Below, in pieces: positions 1 through 8,900 of a stretch of 31,469 nt of DNA (positions are counted from its first letter, which is position 1; each line of letters opens with the position of its first letter). This DNA comes from a virus (lineage: Duplodnaviria > Caudoviricetes): IMG/VR virus record IMGVR_UViG_3300021956_000053, positions 1-31,469 of that record; one strand, given 5' to 3'. The translations under genes and the position numbers were made by a program. The notes under the pieces were generated by a model. It saw only the letters and a list, made by a program, of their open reading frames with translations, made no database searches and was not told the DNA's origin.

Positions 1-2
1 AT

Positions 3-1004
3 TTACCGCCACGGATGCTGCGGAGATCAAGGGTGTTAAAGAGTGGTGAGATCTGGACGGCGTATTACTACAACGGCAGAGACATAGATGGCCGGCGTGT
101 TGAGATCCCTCTAGGCACGGACATCAACAAGGCTAAACGAAAATGGGCAGAGCTAGAGAACACTGAAGCGCCCAAAGAAACGGGGCTTATGCGGTTTGTG
201 TTTGACCGATATGCGCGGGATATTATCCCGAACAAGGCACCTCGCACCCAAGTAGATAACCTGGGAGCTTTAAAGTTTTTGCGAACAGTGTTTGACTCCG
301 CGCCGGTTGATGCTATTACTCCGCAGTTTATCGCGCAGTATCGCGATAAGCGCAGCCAAGCAGCACCTGTTCGGGCTAATCGTGAGATCGCGCTCTTTAG
401 TCATGTTTGGAACATGGCGCGCGAATGGGGATTCACTGCAAAAGAAAACCCAGTTAAAGGCGTAAGAAAGAACAAAGAGAAACCGCGCGACTATTACGCG
501 GATGATCAGGTGTGGAACGCGGTCTACGCGTCGGCTTGCCAAGAGCTGCGCGACGCAATGGACCTAAATTATTTGACCGGTCAACGTCCTGCGGATGTGT
601 TGAAGATGAAGATCTCAGACATCAAAGACGGCGCGCTCGAGGTGGTGCAGAACAAGACCAAAAAGCGACTTAAGATCACGATCGCGGATAGTCAACTTAG
701 TACGGTGATCGATCGGATCAAATCGCGCAAGGTCACAGCAATGTACCTGGTGGCGACAGCCGAAGGCAGACCGCTTAACGCGGGGACATTGCGACTAAGG
801 TTTGATGCCGCAAGACTCGCGGCAAGAGAATTACACCCAGAGCTGGACGATCGGATTGCCGCGTTTCAGTTTAGGGACATACGGCCAAAAGCCGCAAGTG
901 AAATGACTTTGGATCATGCGAGTAAATTGCTTGGGCATACTGAGCAAGAGATCACAGAGAAAGTTTACCGACGTGTCGGTGAAGTAGTTAAACCCACTAA
1001 GTAG
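3..1004 (+). CDS. int: Tyrosine integrase (5'-partial)
   Basis: Catalytic motifs TGQRPADV (R), QNKT (K), FRDIR (HxxR variant), LLGH and C-terminal Y. The frame is open to the window edge (LPPRM...), so the true start is probably upstream of Met at 15. Confidence 0.93.
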   Translation, partial: LPPRMLRRSRVLKSGEIWTAYYYNGRDIDGRRVEIPLGTDINKAKRKWAELENTEAPKETGLMRFVFDRYARDIIPNKAPRTQVDNLGALKFLRTVFDSAPVDAITPQFIAQYRDKRSQAAPVRANREIALFSHVWNMAREWGFTAKENPVKGVRKNKEKPRDYYADDQVWNAVYASACQELRDAMDLNYLTGQRPADVLKMKISDIKDGALEVVQNKTKKRLKITIADSQLSTVIDRIKSRKVTAMYLVATAEGRPLNAGTLRLRFDAARLAARELHPELDDRIAAFQFRDIRPKAASEMTLDHASKLLGHTEQEITEKVYRRVGEVVKPTK

Positions 1005-1005
1005 A

Positions 1006-1096
1006 TGGCGGAAGAGGTGAGATTCGAACTCACGGAGGGCTATAAACCCTCGGCTGTTTTCAAGACAGCTGCCTTAAACCGCTCGGCCACTCTTCC
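1006..1096 (-). tRNA. tRNA-Ser, anticodon UGA, CCA encoded
   Basis: Reverse complement GGAAGAGTGGCCGAGCGGTTTAAGGCAGCTGTCTTGAAAACAGCCGAGGGTTTATAGCCCTCCGTGAGTTCGAATCTCACCTCTTCCGCCA. Acceptor stem GGAAGAG/CTCTTCC, anticodon stem GCTGT/ACAGC with loop CTTGAAA, long variable arm, GTTCGAATC T-loop, discriminator G. Confidence 0.96.
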
Positions 1097-1099
1097 TTA

Positions 1100-1140
1100 G
1101 TTGCGGAAATGATTTCCGCAAGTTGCGGAAATGATTCCTA
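1100..1140. repeat. Cluster of integrase arm-type repeats
   Basis: GTTGCGGAAATGATT at 1100-1114 and 1122-1136. TTGCGGAAAT-G-ATTTCCGCAA at 1101-1121 is a perfect inverted repeat supplying a third, inverted copy. Confidence 0.8.
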
Positions 1141-1152
1141 AAAAGCATTGTA

Positions 1153-1165
1153 AATCAACTACTTA
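1153..1165 (+). promoter_or_regulatory. IHF binding site
   Basis: AATCAACTACTTA is an exact match to WATCAANNNNTTR. Confidence 0.75.
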
Positions 1166-1194
1166 AAACGTAATACAACGGCTTTCAAGTCTTT

Positions 1195-1207
1195 GAATTA
1201 GTTGATT
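1195..1207 (-). promoter_or_regulatory. Probable IHF binding site
   Basis: Minus strand AATCAACTAATTC, one mismatch to WATCAANNNNTTR. Confidence 0.5.
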
Positions 1208-1224
1208 AAAAACAATGACTTAAG

Positions 1225-1243
1225 TAGGAATCGTTTCCGCAAC
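1225..1243 (-). repeat. Inverted arm-type repeat
   Basis: Reverse complement GTTGCGGAAACGATTCCTA matches 1122-1140 at 18 of 19 positions. Confidence 0.8.
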
Positions 1244-1263
1244 CACTAAGGATACAAGTAGTT

Positions 1264-1276
1264 TAACCCTTTGATT
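1264..1276 (-). promoter_or_regulatory. IHF binding site
   Basis: Minus strand AATCAAAGGGTTA is an exact match to WATCAANNNNTTR and lies between two arm repeats. Confidence 0.75.
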
Positions 1277-1296
1277 TTACTTGTACAAGTAAACGG

Positions 1297-1311
1297 GTTG
1301 CGGAAATGATT
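1297..1311 (+). repeat. Distal arm-type repeat
   Basis: GTTGCGGAAATGATT, identical to 1100-1114. Confidence 0.8.
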
Positions 1312-1481
1312 TATTGATCTTTTATGACCACACCAAGACCACCGGCAAGGCTGCCCGTGACTGCGATAACCGGCAAAGGATCTTTGCCGAACCAATAAAA
1401 AGTTAACGCAAGAACGGATCCGGTTAACCAAATCGCTCCGCGTTTAGTGCTGTTCTGTGACCAATCAATTTTAAAAATCAT
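1311..1481 (-). CDS. Small two-TM membrane protein, putative holin
   Basis: 56 aa from MIFKIDWSQNSTKRG with AGGAGA upstream. Two hydrophobic segments; last gene of the lysis cassette. Confidence 0.6.
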   Translation of the reverse strand: MIFKIDWSQNSTKRGAIWLTGSVLALTFYWFGKDPLPVIAVTGSLAGGLGVVIKDQ

Positions 1482-1981
1482 TTCAATATCTCCTGCAATC
1501 TTTGTACATAACTCTGGCAAGCTCTAGCAGTTTCAGTCACCTCGTCAGCGCTTGACTGTCTGTCGATAAGTCGATCCGCAGCTGCTCGCTGTACCACCCA
1601 GGTGTCGGCAATGGGCGCATCACCATCGCTGGGAGTGGTGGAAGTGTTGGACACGGTGTTGCAATCGCGACTTGTGTTGGGGTTTGGGCGCAACCGACTA
1701 GCAAGCAGTTTGTGATTAGCAGTAGCCAAATCGCTGATAATTTTTGAATGTTCATCGCTTGTCTCCTTTAAAGTTTTCTCAGTCTCTGCAAGCGCTGCTT
1801 CTACTTTCACCTGCTTGTCAGCAGCTTGTGCAAGAATGAGATTAGATTGCCCCGCAAGTCGAGCTTCATGCTCGATGCGGATCTTGTCGGCTTTGTTGTA
1901 GCCGTATTGAAAGGATATAAAAAGCCCTGCAGCAAAGAGAAGAACGGGTGCCAGTATCCTAATGATGGGAAGGTACGGCAT
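1478..1981 (-). CDS. Rz: Inner-membrane spanin (Rz-like)
   Basis: N-terminal TM helix then an Ala/Glu-rich coiled coil, C-terminal RACQSYV. Follows the endolysin. Start moved to MPYLP (1981), which has GGGGAG upstream. Confidence 0.85.
   Translation of the reverse strand: MPYLPIIRILAPVLLFAAGLFISFQYGYNKADKIRIEHEARLAGQSNLILAQAADKQVKVEAALAETEKTLKETSDEHSKIISDLATANHKLLASRLRPNPNTSRDCNTVSNTSTTPSDGDAPIADTWVVQRAAADRLIDRQSSADEVTETARACQSYVQRLQEILK
1537..1755 (-). CDS. Rz1: Outer-membrane lipoprotein spanin (Rz1-like), embedded in Rz
   Basis: Signal peptide with lipobox LLVG-C and a Pro-rich mature part (PCPTLPPLP). Lies wholly inside the Rz gene in another frame. Confidence 0.85.
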   Translation of the reverse strand: MNIQKLSAIWLLLITNCLLVGCAQTPTQVAIATPCPTLPPLPAMVMRPLPTPGWYSEQLRIDLSTDSQALTR

Positions 1982-2426
1982 AGTGCTCCCCTGTAATGAA
2001 CTGAGACGATACACGCGCAGCGCGCTCCGGTGTTTGTCTTGCCCAATAGCTGTTTAACGCTTCAAAGTGCGCTCTTTCCCAATCCGATTTGTCGAGGGCA
2101 TCGCACATTTTACGAAACCCCATGAAACGCGCGACGCCAAGCTGGAAAGCCATATTAATACACGCATCACGCCTTGCACCGTGTAAAGAGATAAAGCCTG
2201 GCCAGATAGCATCAAGCATATCCATTGTGCGTTCAACGTCGTCATGTAATAGCACTTCCGCAATATCTTTTGTAATTTCATCCGGAATTTTGTTTCCCTC
2301 ATAAAGGGGTTTAGCGTCTAAGTTATGTCCGTATCCGATTGTTTTCTTACGCGCAGGGCAAAGATACGCGCGAAGACGAAGGCCTTCTTCAAATTTTAGT
2401 TGCTCAAAAAGCATCGGATCTACCAT
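1959..2426 (-). CDS. Endolysin, T4-lysozyme-like (GH24)
   Basis: EEGLRLRAYLCPARKKTIGYGHNL catalytic region, NMAFQLG and WARQTPERA motifs. ATG at 2426 has AAAGGA upstream. Confidence 0.92.
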   Translation of the reverse strand: MVDPMLFEQLKFEEGLRLRAYLCPARKKTIGYGHNLDAKPLYEGNKIPDEITKDIAEVLLHDDVERTMDMLDAIWPGFISLHGARRDACINMAFQLGVARFMGFRKMCDALDKSDWERAHFEALNSYWARQTPERAARVSSQFITGEHYAVPSHH

Positions 2427-2647
2427 GACCAATGTCCTTTAAACCAATACCATATTGCGCCTGCAATACCTACAATCGACCATTGAGCAAATGTTTTAGC
2501 AGCTTCGCGAAATAGCTCTTTACGCGCGCGATCCGTTTCGATCTGCTCTTCCACCCAAGCATGGTGAGCAGCATGGATATCAGGATCAAACGCGGGATGA
2601 TCGTTAATCGCTTCTCTTACTGCCATTCTGATTTCCTCTGCCGTCAT
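2420..2647 (-). CDS. Single-TM protein, putative holin/antiholin
   Basis: 75 aa with a C-terminal hydrophobic helix, GGAGG SD, directly upstream of the endolysin. Confidence 0.65.
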   Translation of the reverse strand: MTAEEIRMAVREAINDHPAFDPDIHAAHHAWVEEQIETDRARKELFREAAKTFAQWSIVGIAGAIWYWFKGHWSW

Positions 2648-2655
2648 CCTTCCTC

Positions 2656-3216
2656 CTAGTATTTAATGCACGCTAACAGCGCAATGTTTTTTGGTCGTGT
2701 TTCCGCAGCTGTTCTTGGGGTACCGTTTGTCCCATCGGTAACAATTCCGGCTGTTGCACCAGTTAACGGAGTAAGGCCCGATCCCGCAGTGGTTGTACCC
2801 GAAGAACCGGCGGACCACTTCTGCGTATGCTCATGGCCTTGCAAAGCATCTGTCTGCGTTGATCCAAACACACGCGCAGAATCTACACCCGCGCCGTCGT
2901 CAAATGCCCTCGGAAAATATCCACGCATGTCCGGCAGTTTAAAAGTGGTTGAACCATCACCGGCGCCAAACGTGGTTCCAATTGCCGCAAAAAGCGCGGC
3001 ATAGGTTGTTCTGGATATTACAGATCCATCTGCTTTAAGAAATCCCGTAGGTGCGGAAGATGCCGCATGAAAAATTACCGTGCCCGCTGGTACCCCATTA
3101 GCTGCATAGGTTGCAGAATCCGCGTTCGAAGCGTTGTTAGGTTTTGCTGATGAGTGCAATTTGCTTGTCGTGATCGAGTTGTCCGCGATCAAATTTGAAT
3201 CTACTTGTGTTGTCAC
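2656..3216 (-). CDS. Short tail fibre protein with tail-collar domain
   Basis: VPAGTVIFHAASSAPTGFLKADGSVISRTTYAALFAAIGTTFGAGDGSTTFKLPDMRGYFPR and C-terminal ETRPKNIALLACIKY are hallmark collar/fibre motifs. GTG start with GAGG SD. Confidence 0.9.
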   Translation of the reverse strand: MTTQVDSNLIADNSITTSKLHSSAKPNNASNADSATYAANGVPAGTVIFHAASSAPTGFLKADGSVISRTTYAALFAAIGTTFGAGDGSTTFKLPDMRGYFPRAFDDGAGVDSARVFGSTQTDALQGHEHTQKWSAGSSGTTTAGSGLTPLTGATAGIVTDGTNGTPRTAAETRPKNIALLACIKY

Positions 3217-3235
3217 GCATTACCTCGCCCTTTCA

Positions 3236-5848
3236 TTAATTTAGAATGCCGTTGAAATCAATCCACATTGTATTTGATACTGCCAATCTGTTTTCAACAT
3301 ACATACCTCCATTGACCACGCTAATAGTCGTGTTTCCCGCAACGCCAGTTGTTCCGGTCAAAACGGTTGTTGTAGTTAGGGTGATGTTTGTTAATGTTGC
3401 AAGCGCAAGATTGGCGCATCTTGGTGATACGTTTGGCCGTATATAAAAACTGCCGTTTGGATATCCACTACCATCAGACGCTGATCCGATAGTGACAACT
3501 CCGCACACATCGGTGCTTAGCGGAATTAATACGGCAGTGTTCGCCGCTAAGACAATTTTTCTACGGCGTAAGGAGTTGGTCGTGTTGTTATCAAAATTAC
3601 CGAGTAAATTGTTTTCTAGAAAATAATTTGCGGAAACAAAAGTGCCTTTAAAAATATTTTTTGATACGTTGCCAAGTATATTGGGAGCAGTTCTGATGCC
3701 GTAATTAACGGAGCCAGATCCGGCATCAACGATATTTCCTGTGATGTTTACATCGTTAGCGTTGCCGCTTAAAATATAAATGCCAAATCGATTAACTGCC
3801 GATGTGCCAACATTGATAATCGTGTTGTTTTTAATATCAATATTTTTAGATACAAAAGTATCTAATGTTCCGCCACCACTTCTAATGCCGTCATATCCAA
3901 CATTAGTTAACACGTTATCTGATATAGTCAGATTGTTGATTGCACACGGTACGTTGATTCCATACGCCACACCGCGCACAAAATTGTTTGATATTTTTAC
4001 ATTTTCAATATTTGTTGCATTGACTTGTAGCGCTGATGTTGTAGTCGAACATCTAGATACGTTATTGTTTTCTATCGATGACCAACCAGTTCGCAGATTG
4101 ATGCCTGACAAACAATCCACCACTGTATTGTTTCTGATAAAAATATCGCGACCGGATTCGTGCGTATCAAGTCCTGTGTTCGTGCAATCATAGACGACGT
4201 TGTTAATAACGCTAACATTATTTGGTGTGCCTTGCCCACCTAGCGTGGTAAAGCCATGGCGCAATCTGAACATAGTATTTTCAGATACGACAATGTTTTG
4301 ACATGCATAGGATGCTGTTACACCATATCCCGGAAGCCCTAAACCTAAATTATCTGTGCCGTCGGATATGGTGTTAAGGGAGGCTCTGCAATCTATCGCA
4401 GTTCTGAAATCTATTGCCTGACCGCCGATGTTTGAAATTTTGACTTTAGATACAGATCCATACCTAACATATTGATATCTAATAGCGGCAGTGTTATTTG
4501 ATGCAGACATAACAATTTTGCCGCCAGTCACATTGATATTAGTCTTTGGTGTGATTTTATATATTGCAGATCCGTTTGCTACAGAATAGATTCTATCTGC
4601 CTGCATGGATCCGTAAATTGGCTTTTTAAGAGTCAATCCTACACTGCTATCAACAGACAAGATCAAACACGATTCACCAGATTTATATCCGACAGCGTCA
4701 GAATCTGTCGAGTAATCTGCGGTATCTCGCAAAACTATCCAGTCACCCGCTGCCAAACCTGTCGTGCTGGATACCGTTAGTGTTGTCGCGCCTGAAATGG
4801 CGTTAGCGGTTAATGCAATCGAAGAGCTTTGCGTACCCTGCGCGATAAAAACGTCTTTAGTAACGTCGTAAGGTGATATGGTCGCCGCATCATCTAAAAC
4901 AACATTGACGTTAGAATACAGAGTCAGATTAGATGCTTTGTATGTACCAGCAGGGACAAAGATAGTTCCGCCGCTTGTGCTGATTGAATTTAATGCGCTT
5001 TGAAAAGCATTAGAATCGTCAGAGCTACCGTTGCCGGTTGCTCCAAAACGCTTAACATCAACAATAGGGCAATTTGTAAGAGAGTTCCAATCAGCATACC
5101 CCTGCGGCAATCCTTGAAGATAACGCACCAGAATATTGTTTGTGCCAGATGGAGGTGCTGTAACAAAGGTTAATGTTGTACCGGAAACCCAGGTGTAATC
5201 AATGCTGGGCTTTTGCGTAACGCCTGCAATAGACACGTCTAAATTATTCAGCGCACCTGGATTTGCTGTTAGGGTAAAAACTGTTTGAGATCCTGTTCCG
5301 CTAAACACGTCCGCGTTTGCGGTGCCAAATGCAACGATGGTTGCAAGACCAGTACCATCAACATTTTGCAATCCTGTTGCAGTATCGTTCCACGTTAAAA
5401 ATTTATTAGCTTCCGGAATAGGAAATTCCGCGTTTGCGCCAGTAACGCTAATGGGAATTGTGGCTGCACGGCCAACTTTTTCAGCCAATTCTTGCGCAAA
5501 GATAGTCAAACGATCTAGCGCGTCGTTGATCACGGATGGGTAAAATCCACCCATGTTGGTGAGAACGACCGGTTGTTTTTGCGGAACGGCACTGGTAAGC
5601 GTAACGGTGTACCCAGATGCGAGTGTGCTAGATAACGTAATCGTGCCGCCTGGATTAGAATCTTGATTTGCGTTAAGCGATACGGTGTAATCCGTAGCCA
5701 AAGTAAGAGTTGTTTCAAGCGCGTCAAGATCCGCTCGAACCACAACCAAATCGCTGGCGGCAAACACCTTAAAAGAAAACGTAAAAATAGTGGTCAAGCC
5801 GTTGCCAATGTACGGTCCGGCTTTACGGGTAGTGCTGGCTATAGACAT
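3236..5848 (-). CDS. Tailspike / polysaccharide depolymerase (right-handed beta-helix)
   Basis: Podovirus tail-anchoring N-terminus (RKAGPYIGNG...GGFYPSVINDALDRLT), pectate-lyase-like start VDVKRFGATGNGSSDDSNAFQSA, Asn/Ile-rich beta-helix repeats. Confidence 0.88.
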   Translation of the reverse strand: MSIASTTRKAGPYIGNGLTTIFTFSFKVFAASDLVVVRADLDALETTLTLATDYTVSLNANQDSNPGGTITLSSTLASGYTVTLTSAVPQKQPVVLTNMGGFYPSVINDALDRLTIFAQELAEKVGRAATIPISVTGANAEFPIPEANKFLTWNDTATGLQNVDGTGLATIVAFGTANADVFSGTGSQTVFTLTANPGALNNLDVSIAGVTQKPSIDYTWVSGTTLTFVTAPPSGTNNILVRYLQGLPQGYADWNSLTNCPIVDVKRFGATGNGSSDDSNAFQSALNSISTSGGTIFVPAGTYKASNLTLYSNVNVVLDDAATISPYDVTKDVFIAQGTQSSSIALTANAISGATTLTVSSTTGLAAGDWIVLRDTADYSTDSDAVGYKSGESCLILSVDSSVGLTLKKPIYGSMQADRIYSVANGSAIYKITPKTNINVTGGKIVMSASNNTAAIRYQYVRYGSVSKVKISNIGGQAIDFRTAIDCRASLNTISDGTDNLGLGLPGYGVTASYACQNIVVSENTMFRLRHGFTTLGGQGTPNNVSVINNVVYDCTNTGLDTHESGRDIFIRNNTVVDCLSGINLRTGWSSIENNNVSRCSTTTSALQVNATNIENVKISNNFVRGVAYGINVPCAINNLTISDNVLTNVGYDGIRSGGGTLDTFVSKNIDIKNNTIINVGTSAVNRFGIYILSGNANDVNITGNIVDAGSGSVNYGIRTAPNILGNVSKNIFKGTFVSANYFLENNLLGNFDNNTTNSLRRRKIVLAANTAVLIPLSTDVCGVVTIGSASDGSGYPNGSFYIRPNVSPRCANLALATLTNITLTTTTVLTGTTGVAGNTTISVVNGGMYVENRLAVSNTMWIDFNGILN

Positions 5849-5873
5849 AAAGACACCTCTGAAAAGTTAACCT

Positions 5874-5907
5874 AGGCTAACTGTCAGAGGTGTCGGCAAG
5901 TGCATCA
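5874..5907 (-). promoter_or_regulatory. Putative late promoter A (tailspike, fibre, lysis)
   Basis: TGATGCACTT (5907-5898), 18 nt, TAGCCT (5879-5874). Confidence 0.72.
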
Positions 5908-8900
5908 ATGCTTCTCTTTAAACCCAAACGCTATCGCAGTTGGGTTGGACGTTTTGCCCTCGGAAAGTGCTTCTATCCCGGTGACGGTTCGGTTGATTTG
6001 CGCGCTCGGTAGGGCAAAAGCATCACCCATCAAATTGACAAAAGCCTTGCGGAAAGGCGTATCAAAATCACCTTGGCCTAATTGCTCCCCAAACTTGACG
6101 GTATCCGCAATCATTCGCACGCCTGCTGGCCCTTGGTAATCTTGCTTATGATCCTCTACGCCGGCCATTAATTTAGCCGCTTCAGAAAACTCGCGCACTA
6201 TCACCATCAAACCCATCAGATAATCGATTTGGTTAGATGCCAGACGTTTGGGCAACTTCTCCCAATAATCGTCATCATCGTCACCCGTTGGGGTGAGCGC
6301 TTCTTTAATAGCAAACCCTAATACCGGCGGCAAAACGTAAAGCAAAAGGTACTCGGCTGCCAGTTTTGCTTTACGTTTCCCGATCTCCGCCGACATCGTT
6401 TTGCCGATTCCGATATTAAGCGCGGTATTCATGTACGAATAAAACACGGTAAAGAGTTTTTGCGCAGGTCCTCCACGTTCAATTGCAGAGAGATCTTTCA
6501 ACATCCCGCTGCCCTGGGAATCAATCACGGCTTGATCGGCTAAGGCAATTGCGCGTTCCTCTACTACGCCACTGGCTTGCGCTTTCTCATACGCGCCTAT
6601 CCAGGTGGGGACATCGACCATCTGTTGGCAGCGCATCATTAAGAAGTAGGCATATCGACCTAACCACTCTTTATAAGGTGATTGATCTTCGACCGAGTTG
6701 CGCAGCTCGTTTAGTTCTCTAAACCGAGTACGCGCGCGGTTGGTCATAAACTCTGACATTTCGTTGACGGTTTGCGTAGATCCTTTGATATCCGCTAAAT
6801 AACGGCTAACGCCTAGACCTATCCATTTAGCACCCACCACCGACACAGACTGTGTAAATCCAGTTGGCTGCATCGCCGCAGACATGACGTTAAACCCTAA
6901 ACCCGATACGCTCACGCCTTGGCGAATTTTAGAAAGCCCGATATCAACAATATGGTCGGATCCTTTCTCTCCCTCTGCAATCGCGTTCATCCACGATTTA
7001 AACTGTTGCTTAAACTCAGGCCCGTAATGATGCCGAATGGCCTTATCTATCGCGTCATTTTTAAGTATGCGTTTGGTGTCAATCAACCACTCATGCCATG
7101 CAAGATCATGAATCACCTCATTTACACCCGAGTAAACGCCGGATAGAGAATAAAGCAGTGGTCTGCCTATCACTTCTTTCGCACGCGTTTTGATGAAGCT
7201 GTGTCGAGTAGTCGCTGACGTATATGCGCCTTGCCACTGACGTTTAGCGGCTTCTGCGTCGTTATGCTCCTCTGCGCGTTGGCTTGCTTTAGGATGATAC
7301 TTAATCGGGTAATAACCACCGCGTAGGCTGACGGTTTCCCCGTCCGCAGTCGTTATTTCAAAAGGTGTAGTTTCTACCCAGTTAGGTTCTTTACCGTAAA
7401 CTCTGCGCTCTTTTGCAGCAATCAGCGGACGGTAAGTCTCAAAGTGATCCCATATTGCTTGCACAGCAAGCCATTCGTTCCGTGTTAAAGTTTTTAAGAT
7501 CGGCGTAAGTTGCGCCAAACTCCAACCTTCACCGCCTAACAAGCGTTGCAGATTGCCTGCGTTACCGACATTAAGCGCAATCGCAATGCGCGCTTCACGG
7601 TTAAAACTACGACCAACCCCTTCAAAGCTCTCGCCTTTACCGCCCATCTTACCCAGCTTAAACACCGGTGCCATAATCTTGGCGAGCGCAAGCGTTGCCT
7701 CAGCGCGCTGCGTGGTTTCCCAATTACCTCGCTCATTGGCGGGTCGTACTAAAAATTCCCAAACCGGACCGCCGATCTCCCCACCGTCTAGCACCTTAAC
7801 CAAGGTCGCTACTTTGGCATGCCCCCAGGCGAAAGCGTTCCACGTTTCCTTAGCTCTTTCACCCAAGGTGTTATTGTTGGCGATGCTGACATTTCGGCCT
7901 TGTGAGTTGTCGTTAATGCTTTGCACAATCTCATCGCGAATGGCTTCAAACTCGCGTTGGTCTTTGGCCAGTAGCAATTTCTTTTTAAGACGGCCTAAGT
8001 GTTCAATCTGCCTGACCGAATCCAGCACGCCTCTAAACTCTTCAACCGTCAGTTCTTTATATGATTTGATAAAGGCTTCGTTGGTGACATGTTCCGGTAG
8101 ATCCGGAACAAAACCCTCATCTTCCTGAGTGACCAGCCACGCGGCTAAAGATTTTCGGCGATCAACTTCTTTGTTGCTAATCTTACGCAAATCAAACCGG
8201 CTTAGTATCGCGGCAATCTGATCGGCGTAATCAACATCAATGCCTTTAATAACACCGTTAAATTTCTTCAAATAGCGTAGGCCTTTTTCCACCTCGTCTT
8301 TAGCGTCCATCGCAGCCTTAGCCGCATACATGTTAAAAAGTTGGTTGCGTTTCTCAGCGGCGGCGTTGACAAGATCTTTCGCGCGCATGTACTTCTCGGC
8401 AGACTTAGCCGCTTTCACCTCCGCATTGGTAAAAACGCTCGGTAAAAGATCGCGTATTTTCTTACGTCCAATGGTGGTTGCGGCCAACATCCTAGCTGCG
8501 CTCGCTAGTATTTTGCGACCGCCTGTTGCCTTTGCCAGGGCATTGGCTTCGGTGGCCACCATCTTAGCGCGCAAGTCGTTATGTATCGCAAGATCCGCCG
8601 CTTTTTCAATCGCTTCAGGTGACGATAGATCCCCATATTTCTCAAGCATACGCAAATCGGTTAAGGCTTCAACCTCCTCATTGGGTGGAGTTGCCGCTAC
8701 GATCTGTTGAATCAAATCATCACCTGAGGAAAATTCAGGATTGCCGTTTTCGTCCAAGATAAGGTCTGCGATAAAATCCTGGTGAATGCCGTCGGTTTTT
8801 GCAATCATCCTGTAGCCGGCCAGCTTGTTGATAATCTCATCAGACAAACCCGCATTGATCAATTCCGCTTTATCAAAGCGCACGGCGTTAAGCGCTTGCA

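Larger units (their letters stand above)
1099..1311. mobile_element. Putative attP (arm sites, IHF sites, core)
   Basis: AT-rich intergenic region next to the integrase with five copies of a TTGCGGAAA-containing repeat and IHF-consensus sites arranged around an imperfect dyad at 1174-1197. Confidence 0.8.

Noticed and set aside
1006-1096. Host tRNA marking a prophage end, or a selenocysteine/suppressor tRNA
   Set aside because: Phage genes flank both sides. Anticodon UGA reads UCA (Ser); a Sec or opal suppressor would need anticodon UCA.
1099-1311. CRISPR array
   Set aside because: Repeats are 15-19 bp, in mixed orientation and irregularly spaced; they fit integrase arm sites.
1300-5900. 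Diversity-generating retroelement as in BPP-1
   Set aside because: No reverse transcriptase ORF and no TR/VR repeat pair seen near the tail genes; the spike is a beta-helix type.
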